Program-made: the position numbers and the translations under genes
Assembly (NCBI GenBank): GCA_031257075.1
Contig: JAIRPM010000169.1
Coordinates: 1 to 33,192, forward strand
From: Spirochaetaceae bacterium
Lineage (GTDB): Bacteria; Spirochaetota; Spirochaetia; Treponematales; Breznakiellaceae
DNA: 33,192 nt
Direction: 5' to 3'
Part shown: piece by piece, positions 26,420-33,192 of the stretch
How positions within the stretch are numbered: position 1 is the stretch's first letter
Layout: every line of letters starts with the position of its first letter
Notes under the pieces: model-generated
Told to the model about the DNA's origin: nothing
The model's input: the letters and a program-made list of their open reading frames with translations, nothing else
The model's database searches: none

Positions 26420-27265
26420 ATGGGCAAATTTCACAGCGCCGCGAGCGGTATTGACCACCTTGAACGCCTTGCGCAGCAAAATACGTGTATTCATAGGCTT
26501 CATCCGGGGGTTAAAGCGCTGACGGCGCTGCTTTACATTGCCGTAGTGGTGTCGGTTCCCAATCCTGTGCGGCAAGCCGGCCCGGATTCGCTAACGCCGG
26601 AGTCGGCGCTGACCCGCCTTGTTCCTTTTGCGCTCTACCCGGTTGTACTGTGCGTTCTTGCCGAAGTGCCGGTAACCGCCGTCATTGCCCGTTTGCCCGC
26701 CGCTCTTCCTTTCGCGCTTGCCGGCGGGCTTTCTAATCTATTCATGATGAGGGAACCGGCTTTTACGCTGGGGCATAGCGTGATTACGCTGGGTATGATT
26801 TCTTTCTGTTGTATCCTGCTTAAAACGGTACTCTCTGTTTCTGCCGCGCTCATTTTGATTGCGACAACACCATTTGCCGCGCTTGCCGGCTGCCTTACCG
26901 CGCCGCCTTTTTTGCGCCCGCTTGGGCTTCAGTTGACGCTCACGTACCGTTATATCAATGTCCTGCTGGGCGAAGCGCATGATATGTGGATAGCCTACCG
27001 CCTGCGTTCGCCCGAAAGCCGCGCCGTGCGGATAAACGATTTCGGCCCTTTTCTGGGACAACTGCTTCTCCGCAGTTTTGACCGCGCCAATGCGGTTTAT
27101 CATGCGATGCTCTGCCGCGGGTTTTCAGGTGTTTACCATAGCGCCGCTCAGAGGCATCCGCATACCTCTGACTGGCTTTTCGCCGCCGGCGCATTCGCGG
27201 CATTCTGTTTTTTGCGGGCAGTTAACCTAAGCCTGCTGCTAGGCCGCCTGGCAATGCAAATTTGA
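26420..27265 (+). CDS. cbiQ: ECF transporter transmembrane (T) component CbiQ/EcfT
   Basis: It sits immediately after cbiM and is polytopic. It has the CbiQ-like N-terminus (IHRLHPGVKALTALLYI) and the conserved ...AYRLRSP...R segment. Confidence 0.8.
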   Translation: MGKFHSAASGIDHLERLAQQNTCIHRLHPGVKALTALLYIAVVVSVPNPVRQAGPDSLTPESALTRLVPFALYPVVLCVLAEVPVTAVIARLPAALPFALAGGLSNLFMMREPAFTLGHSVITLGMISFCCILLKTVLSVSAALILIATTPFAALAGCLTAPPFLRPLGLQLTLTYRYINVLLGEAHDMWIAYRLRSPESRAVRINDFGPFLGQLLLRSFDRANAVYHAMLCRGFSGVYHSAAQRHPHTSDWLFAAGAFAAFCFLRAVNLSLLLGRLAMQI

Positions 27266-27321
27266 CTTTGTCTGCCGGCGTGTATACTAGTTGTTATAGT
27301 AAGAGATGCGCGGCTTGTCCT

Positions 27322-27366
27322 AAGGCAATGTCGATTTATTCTCGGTTGGATAAATCAGTACTTCTC
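27322..27366. repeat. copy F of the dispersed palindromic element (long-loop variant, decayed)
   Basis: AAGGCAATGTCGATTTATTCTCGGTTGGATAAATCAGTACTTCTC aligns along its whole length with copy D, including the loop (TTCTCGGTTGGATAAATCAG versus TCCTCGATTGCATAAATCAG). Confidence 0.6.
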
Positions 27367-27410
27367 TATGCAAAAGCGGCACAATCCACCCCGGTTCAAT
27401 GGAGGAAGTT

Positions 27411-27867
27411 ATGAGAAAAAGCATAATTGTTATCGCGTTACTGGCGATTTTGGCTCATTCCGTTCCCGCGCAAACCAAAGACTTTACCTTTTCTATCCAG
27501 ATAAATCCGGCGCATCCCATTGTCGAAATAATGCTTTTGGGGGGCGGGTGGGACGCTTTTATTTTTTTGGGCGGCCTTAATATTGAAATGGGGCTGGTGG
27601 ACAGAATGTCAATGGGGTTGGATACGGCTGTTTCCACTGTGACATTGGATTCGTTTTACAATGGATTTATTTTTTCCTTTACTCCGCAATTTATTTTTTA
27701 TCCCCAAAGAAACAGGATGCGCGGCTGGTATATCGACTGTGTTTCTCAACAGAGCCAGCCGCAGTGACATATATCTCCCGCCAAAAATATCGATGACGCC
27801 CGATTTCCGTATGTATATGCCGGTTTTCGATTTTGCGCTGGTTGTTTTGATGGGTTATTCGTTTTGA
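27411..27867 (+). pseudogene. small signal-peptide, beta-rich (outer-membrane-like) gene apparently split by a +1 frameshift
   Basis: Frame 0 (SD GGAGGA, ATG 27411, MRKSIIVIALLAILAHSVPAQ...) stops at 27767. The +1 frame is open from 27661 and ends ...PVFDFALVVLMGYSF, an OMP-style C-terminal aromatic strand. The two ORFs overlap by about 100 nt. Confidence 0.35.
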
Positions 27868-27921
27868 GGGCGAGGGAGGACAATTGAGGCAATTACAAAA
27901 TCCGGCTACTGTTACATTCTA

Positions 27922-28329
27922 ATGACAATGTTATCGCAATTCCATGTGCAGACACGGAGCAGAAATGAATGGCGCTGCATCACTGACGATATAGAGCGCA
28001 TAGTCCGCGAAAGCGGCATCGGCGAAGGTATATGCGTTGTTTTTGTGCCTCATACAACCGCCGCCGTTACCATTAACGAAAACGCCGACCCCGATGTCCC
28101 TCGTGATATGGTACTGGCATTGAATACTATAGCGCCGGATTTGGATGCTTTCCGCCATAGCGAAGGTAATTCTTCCGCGCATGCAAAAACAGCCCTTGTA
28201 GGGCCGTCCGTCAGCATCATTGTACACAAAGGCCGCCTTTTGCTGGGAACTTGGCAGGGCATTTGGTTCACCGAATTCGATGGGCCAAGGACGCGCACCG
28301 TGTATGTGCGTGTCCTTGGCGACCGGTAG
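27922..28329 (+). CDS. yjbQ: YjbQ/UPF0047-family protein (secondary thiamine-phosphate synthase family)
   Basis: It carries the family signatures: ...CVVFVPHTTAAVTINENADPDV..D........P....FRHSEGNSSAHAK..L.G.S..I.V..G.L.LGTWQGI.F.EFDGPR.R.V.V. Confidence 0.85.
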   Translation: MTMLSQFHVQTRSRNEWRCITDDIERIVRESGIGEGICVVFVPHTTAAVTINENADPDVPRDMVLALNTIAPDLDAFRHSEGNSSAHAKTALVGPSVSIIVHKGRLLLGTWQGIWFTEFDGPRTRTVYVRVLGDR

Positions 28330-28366
28330 GCAACGCTGATTAAATTGACGCTAATCAGCGTTGCCC
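28329..28366. repeat. copy E of the dispersed palindromic element
   Basis: GGCAACGCTGATTA-AATTGACGC-TAATCAGCGTTGCCC has perfect 14-nt arms. It starts on the last base of the yjbQ stop codon. Confidence 0.9.
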
Positions 28367-28420
28367 GCACGCCGGCACAGCATCTCAATGCACAATAAAC
28401 ATTCGGTGCATTAGAGAAAT

Positions 28421-29917
28421 GTGAACATATATCCATTAACATTCTGCGCGGTTGGCGCTGTTTTTTCGTATTATGGGATTCCTGCCCTTTTGCAAATAGG
28501 CGTGCCGCCGGCGTTCATTCTTTTGCTCTTGTTACCTGCGGTCTTTATGCTTGCCTATTTGTACCTTTACAAAGGGTTACAAGGTCTCTGCCGCCGGCAG
28601 AGACCTTGTTCAAACTATGCGTTTATTTGTCTTGTTTTTCTGGGGGCAGGCATCGTTTTTGGAATAGCGGCACGGCGCGGCGCGCAGCGGGATGCGCTTG
28701 TTTTTCCGGGACTTGCGCCCGCCAAGGCACAGGCCGTATCCGGCGTGCTGACGGAAGACCCCCGCAGCGGTTACGATGCACAGGGAATGGCAAAACTTAG
28801 GCTTGAATATGCCTACGGCGCAAACGGGATACGCACATCGGCGCGGGGCAGTTTGCAGGTATTTTTTCCCAAAGAGGCTATGCCCCGCCTGAAAAATTTT
28901 GGACGCGGATGCCGTGTTTATATTGACGGGAATTTTTTACCGCCCAAAGAAGGCAAAAAGGCGCTCGCGTTTCGTGCAACATCGGCGCACATAGTACAGA
29001 CAGCGGGAGCGCTTAACCGCTTGCGGACAAACATCCGCTCTGCGCTTCTCGAATTTTTTAATCAGCCGTGGGGTGGGCTTTCGGTGGCGCTTCTTTTGGG
29101 AGTGCGCGACCATTTGGACGGCAGTCTTGCCAAACAGTATACCAATGCGGGATGCGCCTACATTCTTGCGCTGTCGGGTATGCATTTAGCCATCATTTCT
29201 TCGGTGGTTGCGTTCCTGCTGAAAAAACCGCTGGGGTTAAAAGGCGCGGCGCTGGCCGGTTCAGTGTTCATAGGTTTGTATATTTGCCTTGTGGGCACCG
29301 GTGCATCGCTCTATCGCGCCGCGCTAATGTATGTACTGGGCGCCGCCGCCGTTATTTTTGCGCTGCCGGTGCGGCCGTTTTTGATACTGGGGATTTCATT
29401 TTTGCTTCAAATAGCCATTTCACCGGCATCCGGCGATTCGATTTCATTCATTCTATCGTATTTGGCGCTCGCGGGCATTCTTGTTTTTACAGAATTGATA
29501 AACGGCCTTTTGCGCGGTTATATTCCGCAGTGTATTTTAGCGCCATTATCCGCTTCTATTTCCGCTTTTCTCGCGACTATGGGGGTGAGCGCTCTTTTCT
29601 TTGGCGAATTGCGGCTTATGGGTATAGTTGCCGGCCTTGTTATGGTGCCTCTTACAACATTTTTCATGCTTGGTTCTATGGCCTATCTTGTACTTGGCCT
29701 TATTCCGTTTGTAAAAACGATTGCCGCTTATCCGCTTTTGTGGCTTTATTATGCGCTGGATAGTATTTCTTTTTTTGCCGCCAAACCGCCGCCGCTCAAA
29801 TTCCCGCCCCAGCCGCTTACGCTGCTTTTTTCCGCGCTTTTACCGGTCGTTGTGTTTGCCGTATGCTCTATTGTTACGCGCAGCCGTGAACGGCTGCGCG
29901 TTTTGGAAGCAGCCTAA
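28421..29917 (+). CDS. comEC: ComEC/Rec2-family DNA internalisation channel protein (no metallo-beta-lactamase domain)
   Basis: A polytopic membrane protein with the competence-domain motif AGCAYILALSGMHLAII. It has a GTG start. Confidence 0.8.
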   Translation: MNIYPLTFCAVGAVFSYYGIPALLQIGVPPAFILLLLLPAVFMLAYLYLYKGLQGLCRRQRPCSNYAFICLVFLGAGIVFGIAARRGAQRDALVFPGLAPAKAQAVSGVLTEDPRSGYDAQGMAKLRLEYAYGANGIRTSARGSLQVFFPKEAMPRLKNFGRGCRVYIDGNFLPPKEGKKALAFRATSAHIVQTAGALNRLRTNIRSALLEFFNQPWGGLSVALLLGVRDHLDGSLAKQYTNAGCAYILALSGMHLAIISSVVAFLLKKPLGLKGAALAGSVFIGLYICLVGTGASLYRAALMYVLGAAAVIFALPVRPFLILGISFLLQIAISPASGDSISFILSYLALAGILVFTELINGLLRGYIPQCILAPLSASISAFLATMGVSALFFGELRLMGIVAGLVMVPLTTFFMLGSMAYLVLGLIPFVKTIAAYPLLWLYYALDSISFFAAKPPPLKFPPQPLTLLFSALLPVVVFAVCSIVTRSRERLRVLEAA

Positions 29918-30990
29918 AAAGCGCGTATGGCGCGGACGCGCATAATAGAAGGTTTGTTGCCGTTGTAGTACTGGCGGCCGTCCCGAAAATCAAAAAACCA
30001 AACATAGGGGTAATCGCTTTGCGAAGAAGTCCAATACGGGGCGCGTGAAAAGCCGCCCACCCCTTTTATAGCAAGCGCATACCAGATAAGTTCCATTTCT
30101 TCTTTGCTGGGAATGTACCAGTCATCGTAACCGCCAACGCTTAATCTGCGGACAATTTGCGCCGCGCTGCCGGTTCTGTTAGATGCGTCCATACGGGCAA
30201 TAATCGTATGGGTGTTCAATCTGCCTGCGCCAAGCCCCAATTCGGTAACAAAACCGTCCGGGCCGTAAACGCCATTTTCAAAAAAACCCCATGGCGCGGA
30301 AAACTCAGTGCCCGGCGGAGCCACTTCCAGATAGCGCCAGCCGTCTTTGGAATTCCCTTTTTTGAAAAAAACAATGCCCCCTCCCGGCCCCATATCGCCT
30401 ATTTCGTACTCAACGCTGTCGGACGGACGTAGTTTTCCTTTTGGGGGAATGCCGATAGTATCAATGGCCTTCATAAAGCGGTTGGTAAGCAGGGTAATGC
30501 CCGCGCTCATGTCGGGGCCGTTGGGTTTCATCAATGCGGACTGGGTAACGGTAAACATGGCTTTATCCAAGTCCAAAAGGCGCAGCGTAACCCGGTACTG
30601 CCCCTTGAAAATTTCAAGTGTGCCAAAAACAAGAAAATGCAGGGTGTTCAGCGGCGAATCACGCAGTTTTTGTATAATCGGAAGCTGGTTGAGCATAACC
30701 GGCGTTACATTGTTTTGTTTTAAGATTGATTCGACAAACTGATTCTGTTCAACATAAAAAAAACCGCTGTTTTTGAAAATTTCAGTTACTTTGTTTCTGA
30801 TGGCGCGGGTGTCTTGCAAAACATAGAGAGCCTCACTCGGCGCGGTGAAGGGCGCAATGCCGATACGGGGAATATACGCGCTGTCAAGTTCAGCGGGAAT
30901 ATACGGATAGTCTTTTTGCTTTTTACCCTCTGTAAAGAGCGCGGACGCGCAAAAGAACAACATAACAAATGATATGTATCTCGAATTCAT
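29914..30990 (-). CDS. secreted protein with a C-terminal DUF1566 (Lcl C-terminal-like) domain
   Basis: It has a signal peptide. The C-terminal GGYDDWYIPSKEEMELIW........YWTSS.......W.FDF..G.......K....VRAIRAF follows the DUF1566 pattern. Its stop overlaps the comEC stop (CTAA). Confidence 0.65.
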   Translation of the reverse strand: MNSRYISFVMLFFCASALFTEGKKQKDYPYIPAELDSAYIPRIGIAPFTAPSEALYVLQDTRAIRNKVTEIFKNSGFFYVEQNQFVESILKQNNVTPVMLNQLPIIQKLRDSPLNTLHFLVFGTLEIFKGQYRVTLRLLDLDKAMFTVTQSALMKPNGPDMSAGITLLTNRFMKAIDTIGIPPKGKLRPSDSVEYEIGDMGPGGGIVFFKKGNSKDGWRYLEVAPPGTEFSAPWGFFENGVYGPDGFVTELGLGAGRLNTHTIIARMDASNRTGSAAQIVRRLSVGGYDDWYIPSKEEMELIWYALAIKGVGGFSRAPYWTSSQSDYPYVWFFDFRDGRQYYNGNKPSIMRVRAIRAF

Positions 30991-32414
30991 AACCTACAAA
31001 TGCTCTCCTTCAAATCTAAAAAAAGTTTTTCCAGCGCATAAAGCGCGTTTTGATTATACACTGTTACCGCGCTCACCGAGTACGCCCCTTTCGAGCGGAA
31101 CAATTCGCAAAGCCGCAGGGTGCCGGGTGAAACAACGCCGCTTTTCCCCATTGTCGCTTCAAAGACAAACTGTTGCAGCGCGGCAATAAAATCGCCGTAT
31201 AAACGGCGTGTTTGAAATTTCTCACATTTTTCAATAATAAACGCGCATACTTCAGCATAACTGTTTTTGCCGGTATCGAGGCCGGCTTTTTCGCAGCGCT
31301 CTTTGCCGCGTTCCCGCAGTTCCGCAAGGGCGCTCGAAACAAGCCCTGCCGCCGGCGGGTCGGCAGAAACGGCTGCGGCAAGCGTCTGCGCAAACAAAGC
31401 GGCAAGCGGCGGAAGTGAATCTTTTGGAACCGGCAAAAATCCGTCTAAATAGTTTGAAACAAGGCTTACAGCGGTGTTTTTATGAGCAGCGCCGTTTTCT
31501 TCTGCTGCCGCGCATCCCGCGTCCAGCGCTGCCGCGGCGGCCTCCGGGTCGCGGAAAACGCGCCGGATGATTTCCGCTTCGGTTTCCGGTTTTCGCGTAA
31601 AAAACTGGTAGGGGCGTAGGCGCGATAAAATTGTAGGAAGCAGAGAGCCGGGTTTGGCGGTGCATAAAATAATTTGCGCCGAAGGTGGGGGTTCTTCTAT
31701 GGTTTTAAGGAGTGAATTGCGCGCTTCGTCTTTCATGCGTTCCGCGTTTTCAATAATCAGTGTTTTGCGTTTCCCGTCCGGCGTTAGGTGCAGCCAATAC
31801 GCGGCTCGCCGTATATGCGCAACGGGAATCATGTCATTTATGCCGGCAACTTCTAATTTGAGCGCGTCTTTAACAAGAGTGTTTACAATTTTTTCAAGCG
31901 GTGCGGGCAAAACGGCAGGCGTACCGTCCGTGTCATCATTGGAATTTTCATTGTTTCGCAATTCAACATCCGCGCGGCAAAAGCGGTCAATAGTGTCGTT
32001 TATCGATTCCAGCAATGCGTTGAATTTTGACACCTCCGATTCACCTTCCCAAATAATTTGGGAAAACCGCATAAGCAATTTTCGCAATGAACGCAGGAAA
32101 AGTATTTTTGCCGAGGGCATCTGAAAATCGCGCATATATGCCTTTGAACAGGCAAGTATTTCGGCATTGAACGGGCGCGGGCCTATTACCAGCAAATCTT
32201 TGCTGCTCAAATCTTTATGTGTTATGCATGACCGGCAGGCGCATGTCCATTCGCCTTTGTTTTTGCATGAAAGGATACGCGCCGTTTCGAGAGCGGCGCT
32301 TGATTTGCCGCTTGCTTCCGGCCCATGAAAAAGAAGCGAAGGAGGGAGTACATTGTTTTGTATATCGGCAGTCAGCACATCCGCAGCATGCTGCCCCAGC
32401 ATATTTTCAAACAT
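30987..32414 (-). CDS. holB: DNA polymerase III delta' subunit-like AAA+ clamp-loader protein with a long C-terminal extension
   Basis: The N-terminus GQHAADVLTADIQNNVLPPSLLFHGPEASGKSSAA, the Zn-module-like C..C..C and LIIENAERM...NSLLKTIEEPP......ILC......LLPTILSR are delta'/tau-like motifs. I start it at the ATG at 32414. Confidence 0.75.
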   Translation of the reverse strand: MFENMLGQHAADVLTADIQNNVLPPSLLFHGPEASGKSSAALETARILSCKNKGEWTCACRSCITHKDLSSKDLLVIGPRPFNAEILACSKAYMRDFQMPSAKILFLRSLRKLLMRFSQIIWEGESEVSKFNALLESINDTIDRFCRADVELRNNENSNDDTDGTPAVLPAPLEKIVNTLVKDALKLEVAGINDMIPVAHIRRAAYWLHLTPDGKRKTLIIENAERMKDEARNSLLKTIEEPPPSAQIILCTAKPGSLLPTILSRLRPYQFFTRKPETEAEIIRRVFRDPEAAAAALDAGCAAAEENGAAHKNTAVSLVSNYLDGFLPVPKDSLPPLAALFAQTLAAAVSADPPAAGLVSSALAELRERGKERCEKAGLDTGKNSYAEVCAFIIEKCEKFQTRRLYGDFIAALQQFVFEATMGKSGVVSPGTLRLCELFRSKGAYSVSAVTVYNQNALYALEKLFLDLKESICRL

Positions 32415-32952
32415 ACAGCCCTCCCGGCACCGCTGAAGGGGCCGGCCGCAAAAAAGTGCCTGCATAGGTTATCAAATTCGCCGCAGCTCCGGCGGCTTTT
32501 TCAAACTGGCCGCCCAGCAGCGGCGCAAAGAAACTGCCTTCAAAAAGGGCATTTTTGTCAAACAAAGGCTGCCGCGCAATAATGAATATCACAAGCGCCG
32601 CGACCGCGATGCCTTCAAAAAGCCCGAAAGCCAAACCCAGGCAATTGTTCACGGTACTCAAATTCAAACGTTCAATAATTTCATTAAGCATACTTCCCAA
32701 TAATTTTATAATTAAAAATACGAACGCAAACAAAACGGCAAACGCGAGCGCTTCGGAAACAGCCTTTGCGCCGCCGGGCCATTGTTCACGGATGAAGGCC
32801 GCCCCTCGCGCATAAAACGCGGCGGCAAACCCCAGCCCCAGCAGCCAGGCTGCAAGACCGCCCGCTTCTTGTACAAAGCCGCGAAGTCCGGCTCTGACCG
32901 TAAAAAGGAGAATTATACTTCCAAGAACAATGTCCAAAATAGCAAAATGCAT
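32407..32952 (-). CDS. cvpA: CvpA-family membrane protein
   Basis: ILDIVLGSIILLFTVRAGLRGFV.E is the CvpA N-terminal pattern, and there are four hydrophobic segments. I start it at the ATG at 32952. It overlaps the holB start by 8 nt. Confidence 0.75.
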   Translation of the reverse strand: MHFAILDIVLGSIILLFTVRAGLRGFVQEAGGLAAWLLGLGFAAAFYARGAAFIREQWPGGAKAVSEALAFAVLFAFVFLIIKLLGSMLNEIIERLNLSTVNNCLGLAFGLFEGIAVAALVIFIIARQPLFDKNALFEGSFFAPLLGGQFEKAAGAAANLITYAGTFLRPAPSAVPGGLYV

Positions 32953-32987
32953 AGCATTGGAGCCGGCTGTAACCACGGCTGCTGGTT

Positions 32988-33017
32988 AGTATACCACAAA
33001 TGAGGTTTGGCATTGAA
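32988..33017 (-). promoter_or_regulatory. candidate promoter for the cvpA-holB-DUF1566 operon
   Basis: The minus strand reads TTCAAT (33017-33012), an 18-nt spacer, then TATACT (32993-32988). A TG lies 2 nt upstream of the -10. Confidence 0.4.
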
Positions 33018-33093
33018 TACCAGAGGCCGCCGCCTGCTCACCGCCTACCACCGCCTACTCACTACCCACTACTCACTACCCACACAAAATCGC

Positions 33094-33122
33094 TTGACAT
33101 TTTTTTCAAAGTGCAGTATAGT
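33094..33122 (+). promoter_or_regulatory. strong sigma70-type promoter reading out of the right edge
   Basis: TTGACA (33094-33099), a 17-nt spacer, then TATAGT (33117-33122). A leader of about 60 nt follows, ending in GAGGAGACAAA at the window edge, so the driven gene starts just outside the window. Confidence 0.6.
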
Positions 33123-33192
33123 AGAGGGAAAGGCTGGCAATACTTCCCAGTTTGGGGGGCGGCCTTAGAATTACTTACATAGAGGAGACAAA

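Noticed and set aside
29914-29917. Convergent comEC and DUF1566 genes overlapping by their stop codons (CTAA), with no terminator between them.
   Set aside because: The overlap is real in the sequence, but I treat it as a compact-genome curiosity. There is no specific functional hypothesis to test.
33123-33192. The possible 5' end of a stable RNA (tmRNA or RNase P) after the strong right-edge promoter.
   Set aside because: There is no tmRNA acceptor/UUCGAC pattern and no RNase P GGAAAGUCCGG motif. The segment ends in a good SD, so an mRNA leader is more likely.

Overview
This is a 33.2-kb chromosomal segment. Its gene content (FlbB-like flagellar collar protein, FliL-like protein, Cache-type MCP, many lipobox lipoproteins) suggests a Treponema-like spirochaete, but that is an inference. 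I support about 31 protein genes, mostly housekeeping or envelope functions. They include tyrS, ddl, rnz, rbsK, a uvrD/pcrA helicase, holB, cvpA, comEC, a TrmJ-like methyltransferase, azlCD, capA, skp, a CbiMQO-type ECF transporter and yjbQ.

Several features are not in the ORF track:
- A small SRP RNA gene (ffs, about 16391-16496, minus strand) with its own promoter. It ends 7 nt before a lipoprotein start codon.
- A perfect 13 x 21-bp tandem array (16614-16886) between ffs and a ComFB-domain gene.
- A 36-46-bp imperfect palindromic element present in six, possibly seven, intergenic gaps.
- A G11 homopolymer inside the 3' end of a lipoprotein gene, just upstream of capA.
- At least six genes whose -35/N17/-10 promoter ends 6-7 nt before the start codon with no Shine-Dalgarno, which points to leaderless mRNAs.
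- A visibly AT-richer left end (about 1-1900) carrying a truncated EcoRI-family methyltransferase, an XRE/C-protein-like regulator and a glycosyltransferase.

I found no CRISPR array, tRNA, rRNA, transposase or recognisable defence operon. None of the unusual features can be given a function from sequence alone.
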